Source of the DNA: Octopus sinensis
Lineage: Eukaryota
Reading direction: 5' to 3'
NCBI RefSeq assembly: GCF_006345805.1
Contig: NC_043006.1
Location: forward strand, 23,932,001-23,996,000
Length of the DNA: 64,000 bases
In this document: piece after piece, positions 11,152 to 23,559 of the stretch
Layout: every line of letters begins with the position of its first letter
How positions within the stretch are numbered: the stretch's first letter is position 1
The notes under the pieces: generated by a model
The model's database searches: none
What the model was told of the DNA's origin: nothing
Seen by the model: only the letters and a program-made list of their open reading frames with translations
Program-made: the position numbers and the translations under genes

Positions 11152-12842
11152 TATACATGTGCACACATACATATACACACACATGCACAAACGCATGTGC
11201 ATGTATGCATATGTATGTATGCATACATATGTATGTATGCATACACAATATTCTTTCTTCTGTTTTTATATACTAAATTAATCAAGGCTTTTTTCTCAGC
11301 CTGAGGCTATAGTAGAAGCCATTTGCCCAAACTGGAGCACAGTAGGAACGAACCTGAAACCACACGGTTACAAAGCAATCTCCTTAATCACACAGCTATT
11401 CATACATCTACAATTGATATTGATGAACACCCATACCTCCCCTCGTTTACCTCACCCCCCTCCACACACACACACACCAGATCTCCAACAATGCTAGCCA
11501 CTCCCAACAACAGACTTCAGGTGCAACAAAGACCAAACCAGACAACAATTACTCCCGTTGTACACAAACAATGGACTGCTCCCATTTGTAGGACACCCAT
11601 TGAATTATGAATGGTGGAAGTTGTTACATCATCCTGCAGAGATATTGATGTTTGGTCATGATGTGGGTTAACCAGCAGGAAAGAAATATTGAAGGTTGTT
11701 CTGTTAGGTGTGGAATGTAGAGCATTTGTAATTTTTATCATCATTATCATTATTCTCATCACCAAGGTTGACTTTGCCTTTCATCCTTTCGGGGTTGATA
11801 AAACAAGTACCAATTGAGCACTGGGGTCGATGTAATCAACTCACCCCAACCCCTGAAATTGCTGGCCTTGTGCAAAAATTTGAAACCAATATTTTCTAAA
11901 CAAAAGGTCAGGCATAAGACATCCGATGACATTATAATTAGTTTAAGAAATACAGCAGTTGAGTTGATCAAAGATCAAACCAATGCGTAGCTGTATACTT
12001 GACTCTCATTTTCCCACTGTTACATAAAAGACATGAATTCTAAATGAGATTTATATTTTTAAGATAGACCCAATCCAACAGGGGCGAGGAAATCGCGAAG
12101 GCTCAACAACCAACTGTTGAATTCATGCGGCAAGCAATAGACATGAGTTCAAGTCTCCTTAATGGGCCTGTTGTCTAAAATTGATGTTTATAATGTATAA
12201 TACTGTAGTGTGGTGTGAAGGTGGCGAGCTGACAGAATCGTTAGCACACCGGGCAAAAATGCTTAGGGATATTTCATCCGTCTTCGTGTTCTGAGCTCAA
12301 ATTCTGTTGAAGCCGACTTTGCTTTTCATCCTTTCAGGGTCAATAAAATAAGTACCAATTGAACACTAGGGTTTATGTAATTGAATTATCTCCTCCCCAA
12401 AACTAACTGCCAAAATTTGAAATCAATAATTATTGTTCTTATCATCATTTCAATTAGCAGAATCTTTAGAGTACAGCGCAAAAGACTGTGTTGTACTTCT
12501 TCTGGTACTCTACATTCTGAGTTCGAATCTCATCAAGGTCAAATGTGTCATTCATCCTTTCAGGATCAATCAATCAAAATACCAGCCAAATACTGGGGTG
12601 TATAAGTCACTGAGATTACACTCTCCCCACAGAATGGAATGCTGGTCTGTTGGAGGGTTCATTTTGCCAGTTATTGCTAGAACTCATTTACGGCTGAGTG
12701 GACTGGGGCAATATGAAATGAAGTGTTTTTCTCAAGAACACAACACAACACTCAGTCCAGGAGTTGAAACAATGATCTTACGATTGTGAGTGTGGCACCC
12801 TTACCACCAAGCCACTAATCTCAGAATTTATATGCCATATGG

Positions 12843-13197
12843 GCATAGGTGCGGTTGTGTGGTAAGACACTTGCTTTCCAACCACAGAGTCCTAGGTTCC
12901 GTCTCACTGCATGGCACTTTGGACAAGTGTCTTCTACTATAGCCTAAACTAGGTCAATCAAAGCATTGTGAGTAGATTTGGTAGATGAAAACTGTAAAAA
13001 GCCAATCGTGTGTGTGTGGCCTTGACAACTGTTGTTGTTGTGTTTACGTCCCCGTAACTTAGCAGTTCAGCAAAAGAGACCAACAGAGTGAGTACCAGGT
13101 TTAAAAAATTAAGTACTGAGGTTGATTCAACTAGAAATTCTTCAAGGCACTGCCCCAGCATGGCCACAGTCTAACGGCTGAAACATAAAAGGCAAAA
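12843..13197 (+). mobile_element. SINE family A
   Basis: Head ggcataggtgcggttgtgtggtaag, core-like block and tail gccccagcatggccacagtc. Confidence 0.85.
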
Positions 13198-13554
13198 GGT
13201 CATCGTAACTGGATTAAGCTCCAGCTTTGAGTCCGTAGGCTCAAAACAGAACTACTTCTGCAAGTACTGAGGGTCACTGGTAGGGACTAACCCCCCCCCA
13301 CACACACACACACACACAGACACCCACTTCAAAACTGCTGACTGTGAGCTTAAACTAGGAAAAATTGTTGTCATCATCATTGCCATTGTACCATCTGAGT
13401 TCAAACTCCACCGAGGTCAACTTTGCCTTTCATCCTTTTGGGGTCAGTAAACTAAGAACCAGTGAAACACCGGGATCGATGTAATCGACTATCACTCTCT
13501 CCACAAATTCCAGGCCTTGTGCCTATAGCAGAAAGGATTATCAATGCCATTATT

Positions 13555-13830
13555 AGATAGTTCTCTCTGTGCCACGGGGCACATAAGGCTGCAAAGCAAT
13601 CTCTCCAGCCAGTTCTGTTTTCTGCTACTCTTCCAGTCTTATTCCAGCTTCTCTACCCTTCCCATCTTTTCTTGTCAATAGTCCTTCACGTTATGGGTTT
13701 TAGAGTACCCTATTGTTCTTTTCCTCCTAGGCTACCAGTTCAGTGCCACCATACTGTCGTTCTCTCACTCTTCACTAAAGACATGGCCAATCCAGTCCCA
13801 GCTCCTGCGTTTTACTTCATCACCGATCTT
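13555..13830 (-). mobile_element. RTE 3' end remnant (different subfamily)
   Basis: Minus strand reads ..RTIDKKRWEG*RSWNKTGRVAENRTGWRDCFAALCAPWHRE, an RTE C-terminal motif. Confidence 0.7.
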
Positions 13831-13964
13831 ATTCATGTCCATTCTAATTTCAATTGTATCATTTCATCTTTGTTGCATCATTGTTGTCACTGTTAGTCAT
13901 CATCATTGCCACAGTTGTGTCGTCATCACCATAATCATTAGTCATGGCTATCATCATCATCATA

Positions 13965-14318
13965 CTCTTTTACTCATTTCAGTCATTTGACTGCGGCCAT
14001 GCTGGAACACTGCCTTTAGCCGAGCAAATCAACCCTGGGATTTATTCTTTGTAAGCCTAGTGCTTATTCTATCGGTTTCTTTTGTTGAACCGCAAAATAC
14101 TGACAAAATACTGCTAAGCATTTTGTCTGGCATGTTAATGATTCTGCCAGCTTGCCACCTTTACATCACACTACAGTATTACATATTATAAACGTCAGTT
14201 TTAAACAAGAACAAGAACAACAGGCCCATTGATCAGTCTTGAACCTGTTTTGCCCATCCTATGGGGACATAAACACACCAACATCGGTTGTCAAGCAATG
14301 CTAGGGGGACAAACAAAG

Positions 14319-14349
<31 letters not shown>

Positions 14350-14520
14350 CATATATGATGGGCTTCTTCCAGTTTCCGTCTACCAAATCCACTCACAAGG
14401 CTTTGGTCAGTCCGAGGCTACAGTAGAAGATACTTGCCCAAAATGCCACACAGTGGGACTGAACCCGGAACCATGTGGTTGGTAAACAAGCTACTTACCA
14501 CACAGCCACTCCTGCGCCTA
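13965..14520 (-). mobile_element. SINE family A interrupted at about 14100-14260
   Basis: Family A tail at left and head at right, with foreign sequence between. Confidence 0.85.
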
Positions 14521-14531
14521 AAATGTGTGAC

Positions 14532-14649
14532 GCTTATAGCACCTAGGTTTCCCAAGTGATCACCCATCTAAGTACTAACTAGGCTCGACATTGCTTAACT
14601 TCGGTGATCGGACAAGAATCAGTGCTTTCAATGTGATATGGCTGTACAC
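14532..14649 (-). pseudogene. 5S rRNA pseudogene
   Basis: Minus strand gtgtacagccatatcacattgaaagc..gatcaccgaagttaagcaatgtcgagcctagttagtacttagatgggtga..ggtgctataagc; 118 bp; isolated; multiple CpG-type transitions. Confidence 0.92.
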
Positions 14650-14819
14650 TACAGTAATCAACAACTTCATTACTGTTTATCATCACCATCGTCTTAATTA
14701 CTATTATCTTAAATATCATAATTGTCCAGTGACATAGCTATGAGTGGGGAGAGGGGTATGGTCTGCCCCAGGTGACGCTTTTATGGCAGTGGCACTATTG
14801 GGTCAGCTGTATAAACTTG

Positions 14820-15101
14820 GAGATGTGCTCGCATAGCAAGTGATTTGATCTGAGATCGTGTGCTGAAACGAAAACAATTGCAGCATGGAAGGTGTTTGTA
14901 AGCCATTTAAGAAACATACAAAAACCGTTAGATTCACTTCAACATTTAAGTTTAATTTGTCAAAATATTTTCGTCGCTAAAATCCACAACCTGTTCACTG
15001 ACAAAAATCCGTGCAGCATCCGTGAGATGCAGCACGAATTTTTGTCAGTGAACAGGTCACTGATTTTAGCGACAAAAATATTTTGACAAATTAAACTTAA
15101 A
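14820..15101 (-). mobile_element. Fold-back non-autonomous element carrying a variant hammerhead, family HH-C
   Basis: Palindrome 14942-15104 with 5-nt loop; 12-bp TSD tgtataaacttg at 14808-14819 and 15102-15113. Confidence 0.8.
14956..15005 (-). ncRNA. Type I hammerhead-like fold with G3-C8 swapped core
   Basis: tttgtca-GTGAACA-g-gttgt(ggatttta)gcgac-GAA-aatatt-t-tgacaaa: 7-bp stem I, 5-bp stem II, palindromic stem III, UUU triplet. Confidence 0.65.
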
Positions 15102-15414
15102 TGTATAAACTTGCATAGACTGTATTGAGATAAAAGTGGAGTGGGGGGGGGTCTTCCTCCAAACATGTGGTCATGGGTTTAGTGCCACTGCACAGCAACT
15201 TGAGCAAGTGTCTTCTATAATAGCCCTGGGCCAACCAAAGCCTTGTGAGTGGATTTCACAAACAGAAACTGAAAGAAACTTATATGCACACACACACACA
15301 CAATCTAATATATAATCTAATTAAGAAGACAAAGAAAGATTTTTACACCTTTAATGATTATTTACAATTGTTTTTGTACTAACTCTGCTTTCAACACTAT
15401 ATGTATCTGGTATC

Positions 15415-15815
15415 TGTATGCATGTGTGTGTGTGTGCATGTATTTGTGTATGTGTATGTATGTATGCATGTGTATATGCATGTGTGTGAATGTGTATGCA
15501 TGTATGTGTGCGTGTGTGTATGTGTGTGTGCATGTGTGTATGCATATATGTATGTGTTTATATGTGTATGTATGCTTGTGTATACATCTGTGTGAATGTA
15601 TGTATGTATGCATGTGTGTGTGTATGTATGTGTGTTGTGTATGTATGCATGTGTGTATGTATGGATATGTATGTGTGTGTGTATGTGTGTATATGTCTGT
15701 GTGCATGTATGTATGTGTTCGTATATGTATGTGTGTATGTATGTGTGTGAATTATGTATGCATGTGTGTATATGTGTGTGTATGTATGGGTATGTATGTA
15801 TGTATGCATGTGTAC
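15415..15815. repeat. Compound (TG)n/(TATG)n microsatellite
   Basis: Direct inspection; source of the overlapping C/V/M/Y and H/T ORFs. Confidence 0.95.
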
Positions 15816-16004
15816 CCATGATGGTTGTAAACGAGCATATCGGTTTCCAGTCTTCTGTAAAAAAAAAAAAGACCTGGTCATGGGGAATGATTACCTTGCC
15901 TGGAAACATGTGAGGGTTGGTGACAAGTAGGGCAGCCAGACACAGAAAATCTGCCTCAACAAATTCCATCTGACCCCATGCAAAAAGAGACGTTGAAAAC
16001 ATAT

Positions 16005-16170
16005 CAGGACAATTACATCCCCTAGGACAATTACCCCCCCCCCCCCGTTCATTAATCACCCCCTCTCCAATATATTAAGAAGTTTTAAATCATCATCAGT
16101 TGTCCGGGGGGGGGGGGTAATTGTCTTGGGGGGGATGATATTGTCCACAGGGTGGGGTAATGTCCTAGAC
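16005..16170. mobile_element. MITE-like element with repeated subterminal motifs
   Basis: Two aggacaattac(c) motifs at left are inverted against gggtaattgtct and ggggtaatgtcct at right. Confidence 0.55.
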
Positions 16171-17870
16171 TCTATTTAAAATGGTGATGACAATGATCAT
16201 CATTGTGGTGGTCATTGTTATCATTTCTTATCTCACTTCTTACCATTAGAGTTTTCATGACTATCACTGATGCCATTTTGAGAAACATGGAAAGAGCAAG
16301 GAAGAGGGCTACATCAACAGGAGCTTGAAAGGAGGGGGAGACAGGGAAGGAAATTGGGTTAAGGAGAGGAGTATGAATGACATGTGTGAACTTGCATGCA
16401 CACGTGTTCATGAGGGACACACACACACAAACATGCACCCACCCACACAGGCAGCTGGTCGCGTGGCAGCAGGTGCAGAGGGTGCATGAGGAAAGGGGTG
16501 AGATACACGTACTCAATCTGATGAGTTGATAACACATACACAGAGAGAGGAGAGCAGGAAGGAAGAGAAACGGTGATGGGGGGGCGGGGGGGCAGTATTA
16601 TGCTGCATCAGGGATTAAACAAGATCTTGCTTATGAGTAGGGGAAGAATAAGTATGGCAGGTTTTAATTGGAAAAGGAATTACTCAGGGGGATGGAGGAG
16701 AAAATAGTGAAAATAATAGAGGGAGAGGTGCCCTCCCCCCCGGGTGGGGTGGGGATTAGAGACATACAAAAGAGAGCAATAATAAACTTGAATCACCTCT
16801 CCACCACCAGTGCCCTCCACTATCAGAAGCATAAAGAATAACAGACAATAGACACTGCTTATTATATATATATATATTCTGGTTGGTGGCACACCATACA
16901 CACACACATTGTTGGGAAGTATTCATCTCCCACAACCCAGCATTCTCTTCACCCCCACCCTAGGAATTCTTCAAACAACCCCATCCCCACTCCTGCCCCT
17001 CCCCAACAACCATCACCACCATCCTCACCTTCTGACCAACCAGCTATAACAATGCCCACCTCACACACCTCATCTTCATCTCTGATTGCTTTTAATTATT
17101 TTCTCACCACCACCATCACCATCATCAGGCCAACACAACCCACACCGCCATCCGCCACCCCATACCTTCAACACTAACCAATATTCCACATAAACACCTA
17201 CCCCCTTCCCCCACCCTCCCACCTGCTCAACCACAACAACCCTCAACCCACCCAGCAAGCCTGAGTGTGTGAGGATGGAGAGGAGCAAGGAGGACCAAGT
17301 ATAAGGGGAACCAAATAAAACCCTGCCACCCAGTATGGGGGGCGGGGGGTACCAACTACTGCTTCATAACAACAGACAAACAGACATAAACATCAAGCTT
17401 TATTCACATCAACCATCATCTCCACTGTTATCACATGCCCAAACCTGCACCCCATCCGATCCCCTCCTGCTCCATCCACCCTCATCACCACCCCTCCATA
17501 CACTACCACAACTTTAAAGTGTTATAATACTACTACTACTACTAGTAGTAGTAGTAGTAGTAGTAGTATCAAACTCACTCTTCTTCCACCACCATTCCTA
17601 CAACTCACCTCCACTACCCTATTCATCACCAGCCCCACCATCACATAATAATAATAATAATGATAATAATAATAATCCTTTCTACTAAAAGCACAAGGCC
17701 TGAGATTTTGTGGGGAGAGGACAGTCAATTACATTGACCCCAGTACTTGACTGGCACTTAATTTATAAACCTCAAAAGGTTGAAAGGCAAAGTCAAACCT
17801 TGTAAAAAGAAGGAACTGAATACCACAGAATTTTGTCCTCCACTCTGCCAATTCTGTCACATCATCACTC

Positions 17871-17903
<33 letters not shown>

Positions 17904-18309
17904 GTCATCGTCGTTATCATCATCATCATTATCGGAGCACTGAGAGAGCGCAAACTTCACCAAGGCAAAACCAATGTCCTCTCAACGATTAGCCAGAGAT
18001 GATTTTTAAAATGAGAATATCTGAAATAAACTCAACTGCTCTCACAAATGAGAATACTGGAAATTAACCCAACCACTCTCAGCAATTAAGTAAAAATAAA
18101 ACAGGAACAATAATCTAGAATCCTTGTCTGGTACTGGATCAATCCCAAAATCTAATCAATTCGTGCCAGTCATGAGGCCAAACATCCCTGAAAGTTTCAT
18201 CTGAATCCATTCAGCGGTTCTTGAGATATTTTGTCCACGGACAAACAACAAACAAACATGACTGAGAACAATAACACCGCCTTCGTTAAGTCAGAGATAA
18301 TAATAATAA

Positions 18310-18875
18310 TAATCCTTTCTACTATAGGCACAAGCCCTGAAATTTTGGGAAGGAGACAAGTTGATTACATCAACCACAATGTTCAACTGGTACTTAATTT
18401 ATTGCTTCCAAAAGGATGGAAGGCAAAGTCGACCACGGCAGAATTAGAAATCAGAACATAAAGACAGACAAAATACCAATTTCTTTACTACCCACAAGGG
18501 GCTAAACACAGAGAGGACAAACAAGGACAGACAAACGGATAAAGTTGATTACATCGACCCCAGTGCATAACTGGTACTTAATTTATTGACCCTGAAAGGA
18601 TGAAAGGCAAAGTCGACCTCGGTGGAATTTGAACTCAGAATGTAAAGACAGACGAAATACCTATTTCTTTACTACCCACAAGGGTCTAAACACAGAGAGG
18701 ACAAACAGATTAAGTCGATTATATCGACCCCAGTACGTAACTGGTGCTTATTTAATCGACCCCGAAGGGCAAAGTCAACCTCGGTGGAATTTGAACTCAG
18801 AACGTAGAGACAGACGAACTACAGCTAAGCATTTCCTCCGGCCTGCTAACATTTCTGCCAGCTCGCCGCCTTCAT
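18310..18875 (-). mobile_element. SINE family B multimer (three units)
   Basis: Units joined at tatttctttactacccacaaggg; a single 5' head at about 18870. Confidence 0.85.
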
Positions 18876-19921
18876 AATAATAATAATAATAATGATGATG
18901 ATGATGATGATGATGATCTTATCCCTTCCTGATTAAGAAATAATGGTAACCACATGTGGAAGAAAACATAACTTGAAACATATTTCAATAATGGCTTATT
19001 GTGTCAGGAGATAAATTTTAATTGCACATGAGGAATGAATGTGTGTGAGAATACAAATACACACACGTCTATGCATATCTGCATATGAGCGGAGCACATA
19101 TGTTTGTTTAGACATGAACATGTAGATAGTTTTATGAGTGTGTTTATGTGTGTGTGTGAGGAGAGAGAGAGATAAAGTAAGAGAATTATTATTTTTTTAC
19201 ATTTATTCCAATGTTTGTATATTAGTGTACATCTGTCTATGTCAATACTACGGAATTAAGCCCCTGGCCCCTAAACAAGCTGCTTCCTGTGTATACATAG
19301 GTATATATAAACATAAAGGCACAAGCATGGTCATGTGGCAAGAAGTTTGTTTCCCAACCATAGGGTTCTGGGTTCAGTCCCACTACATGGCACCTTGAGT
19401 AAGTGTTTTCTACTATAGCTTCAAACCAACCGAAGCCTTGTAAGTAGGTTTCGAAAGAAGCTGCAAGCAGTGGTGTGTTTATGTCCCCGAAACTTAACAG
19501 TTCAGCAAAAATGACTGATAGAATAGGTACCAGGCTTACAAAAAACTGGAGTCAATCCATTCAACTAAAATTCTTAGAGGCAGTGCTCCAGCACGGCCAT
19601 AGAAGAATTAAAAGAATTTTAGTTTCTGTTTATCAAACCCACTAACACGGCTTTAGTTGGCCCAAGGCTGTAGTGGAAGACATTTGTCCAAGGTGTCATG
19701 CAGTGGGACTGAACCTGGGACCATGTGGTTGGGAAGTAAATTTCTTACCACAGCCAAGCCTGCACATATAAGTACTTTTTCTCCCATGCACGCCGATGCA
19801 TATATATATATATATATATACAATTAAGGGCTCCTAAATTAAGATGCCGAGTGCTGGGAACACAAAAAGGGGATGAATTTATCGAGAGTGAAAATATATA
19901 TATATATATATATATATATAG

Positions 19922-20562
19922 TTCAATCTATATTTAAGTCTGCAGAAGCTATGCATAGTCTAGGACAATAAGGTAAAAGTTTTTATTTTTCATTCACTTT
20001 CAGAATTACAACAATTAGTGGCTTGGGGTTTAACTGCTCTTTCTAGTGAGTCAGATATCCTATTTTTTGGTTATCACTTATATGTTTGAATGTACACTGT
20101 ATTCTTCTCTGAATAATGTATAGTCTATTGGCTAAATTTTTTCCTTCTCGCTAGACCAATGGGAACAAAGAATTTTTCGATAAATATTCCTGCTACCCTA
20201 AGATTTTTTTAATTAATGATAAAATGTTTTTGGCTAATTTTGGAAGAAAATTGGCAATTTATTTACTGCCGGTTAGTTCTGCATTTGCGCGGTGGATTCG
20301 AAAATTATAACATATAAACACGTGGCGGGTTATTTATTGCCCCATATCTATGTGTTCGATCCTTGGCATCCTACTGAAGAAGAAGCGCCAGATATAGACT
20401 GAAATTATTTTATTTCAATCTGTATTTAAGTCTGCAGTAACCTTGCAGGATCTAGGATTAAGGTAAAAGTTTTTATTTTACATTCACTTTCAGAATTACA
20501 ACAATTAGTGGCTTGGAGTTTAACTGCTCTTTCTAGTGAGTCAGATATCCTATTTTTTGGTT
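19922..20562. repeat. About 150-bp direct repeats (19922-20072, 20414-20562) around a unique core; possible Penelope pseudo-LTR tandem
   Basis: Near-identical repeats; CTGAAGA..GAAA at 20374-20404. Confidence 0.55.
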
Positions 20563-20656
20563 GGTTGGTTGGTGTGTGTGTGTGTGTGTGTCTCTCTCTC
20601 TCCTCACCATCGCTTGACAACCGATGCTGGTGTATTTATGTCTCTGTAACTTAGCA

Positions 20657-20851
20657 GAATTTTACAGGGCAGGAATACATGCTCTCATTCAAAGGAGGAA
20701 CAATGCTATTGAGAGAAATGGTGACTATGTGGAGAAGTAGGGATGTGATCCACAGGAGACCAGCTTTATTTTGATGGATGGTACATGTTCCTATGTTGGT
20801 AACTATACCTATCCTAAACAAAATGGCATTACTTTTTGACTCACCCTCGTA
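20657..20851 (+). mobile_element. Mariner transposon 3' end (transposase C-terminus, TIR and TA)
   Basis: EFYRAGIHALIQRRNNAIERNGDYVEK*, then TIR ..actttttgactcaccctcgta. Confidence 0.85.
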
Positions 20852-21025
20852 TTTACTTAGCTTGATGTGCCTTCTCAAGCACAGCAAACTGCCAGGAGTC
20901 TTGGTCTCCTGTCATTCCCTCTGTAAGGCCCAACATCTGAAAATCCTTTCTCACCACTTCTTCCTGGGTCTACCCCTTCCACTTCTTGATACAACTGTCT
21001 TCTTTTATATGCATTATGAATGACC
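20852..21025 (-). mobile_element. RTE 3' end remnant (same family as 925 and 34700)
   Basis: Minus strand gaagacagttgtatcaagaagtg..ggtagacccaggaag..gctgtgcttgagaagg matches 35385-35565. Confidence 0.8.
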
Positions 21026-21830
21026 ATACTAGAGCAGTCTTCTCTTCTTACCAGCACAATACAAAGGGCTTCTTTCAGTTTCCGCCTATCACATCTACTT
21101 ACAAGGCTACGGCGGTCTGAGGCTATAGTAGGAAACATTTGCCAAAGGCGCCACACAGTGGTACTGAACCCAGAATCAGGTGGTTGGGAAGCACAGCCAT
21201 GCCCACATCTCTATATTATATCATAATGAATTGCTTTTCAGAGATCATCAACCAGTCATTTCAGAATTTCTCTTTTACGTGGGAACGAAAAGGAGAAGAG
21301 AGATGGGGATCTTCATTTTCTTTTTTTCTTTTTTCATTTACCATTCTTCTTTCAAGGTTAACAGAAATAATATCACCAGCTGCTCCTATCATGAAACACG
21401 ACCAAAACTGGTCAAAGAATGGCTAGCCTTTCTGTTAAGCAGTGACCACAAGTTCAAATCTACCATATTCAGTGTCATATACCTCTGGGCAAGGCAGACA
21501 GTTCACAGCGTTCTCTCTCTCTCTCTCTGCACTCCAGTTTTCCCAACTGAGAATGAAAAATCAAAAAACAGAATCCATTTCTACTTCATAGTTCAATGAT
21601 CATTGATAGAAGAGAGAATCCAACCATGAAATAAATTTCTCCAATAAAAATCTAGAAAAAGGAATCTCCCCATATGGAAAATGTATGTGTGCACATTGTG
21701 TGCGTGTGTGTGTATGCAGACACTCATACACATACATTCAAATATGTACATATATCTGTGTATCAGTATATGTTCCTACATACATACGTGTGTACATATA
21801 CCAACAGGCACACACAGACATGTGTGTGTA

Positions 21831-21882
<52 letters not shown>

Positions 21883-22696
21883 CACTCACACATAGACATG
21901 TATATACATACATGTGTTGTGTTCACACACACATATATGTGTATGTATGTATATATAATACAATACCAAAAATTTTTTCCAATACACACACATGTACTCA
22001 CATACATTCATGTATATACACATATGTATCTCACCATACATTTAATGGCCATTTGGTTTGGTTTTTCTCTTCTTCCTTCCTCCTCGTAATGTGAGCACAA
22101 ACTGTATCAGTTTGATGCAAGATACACTGAACTAGAGGGCCTTGCAAAATTTCTAAAACAAGCTTTTGGTTTGGTCCATCCAATGAGAAACTAAACACAA
22201 TGACCCACAATCTATTTAACCATCAAAACCATCCCAATCTCTATCCGTCAGTTCATACATACAAATTGTGTTTCTATATTAAACTCATTATACGTCCGCT
22301 TAGTAAAAATATTTCCAGTATCAATCGGAACATGAAAAGAATCTATATCATCAGCATTAGAGCGGAATGATGCTCAAGAGAAATTCTATTATTATTATTA
22401 TTATTATCATCATCATCAACATTATTATTATTATACAAATTCACATCATGAATTTTGCAAACCAAACAGATAAACTAAATAATAATAGTAATTCTTTCTA
22501 ACTTTGGCACAATGCCAGCAAATCTAAGAGGATGAAGCAAATTTATTACATCAACCCCAGCATTTGGCTGGTATTTCATTTTATTCAGCCTGAAAGGGCA
22601 AGTTAACCTCGGCAGCATTCACTCAGAACGTGAAAAGTGGTAGAAATGCTGCTAAGCATTTTGTTGAATGCTTAGTGATTCTTCTGATCAACCACC

Positions 22697-22736
<40 letters not shown>

Positions 22737-23559
22737 CCCTTCTACTAGAGGCGCAAGACCTGAAATTTTAAGGGAGGTGGATAGTCGGTGACATTGACCT
22801 AAATGCTCAACTGGTCCTTAATCTATCATCACCGAAAGGATGAAAGGCAAAGCAGACTCCCGGCAGAATTTGTATTCAGAACATATAAAAGTTGGGAGAA
22901 ATGTCACCAAGCATTTTCTCTGCTTTTCTACTCGTTCTGTCATCTCATTATCTTAATAACAATGACTGTCGCTTCCATCAATTTCAATGCGTTTGAAGGG
23001 GAGGAGTTAAAAACAAGGGTGGGGGAGAGAGAGAGAGAGAGAAAAAAAAACAGCTTTTAAAGATTCTACCAATTCACTGCTTTTGAATAAGTCTTCATCG
23101 TCGTCGTCATCGTTTTAACGTCCGTTTTTCAATGCTGGCATGGGTTGGACGATTTGACTGAGGACTGATAAACCAGAAGGCTGTACCAGGCTCCAATCTG
23201 ATCTGGCAAGGTTTCTACAGCTGGATGCCCTTCCTAACGCCAACCACTATAAATTTTCTCTGCTTTTCTACTGATTCTGTCATCTCATTATCTTAATAAC
23301 AATGACGGTCACTTCCGTCGATTTCAACGAAGGGGAGAAGTTAAAAAGAAGGAAAGAGAGAGAGAGAAAACAGCTTTTAAAGATAGAAGAACAGAAGAAA
23401 CTACATCTATTTGCAATGGACGCATGAATGTAATTGGAGTCCAGGGATGGCTTTTGCCATAAAGTCGCAATGGAGAGACATTGATGATTTTGGTTTTGCC
23501 AGGGATTGGGCCAAGTGTGTTTGTTGGTTGCAAGATATAGTTCTTTTATTGTCTTTTTT

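Noticed and set aside
12070-12170. Possible HDV-like ribozyme (ttcctcgc on the minus strand)
   Set aside because: No P2 3' strand or J4/2 downstream; the plus strand looks more like a decayed tRNA-derived fragment
15351-16059. Many overlapping ORFs rich in C/V/M/Y/H/T/I (also at 5653-6227, 21674-22094, 51755-53498, 53744-54532 and 58777-59696)
   Set aside because: Translations of (TG)n, (TA)n, (TATG)n and (GATA)n microsatellites; not genes
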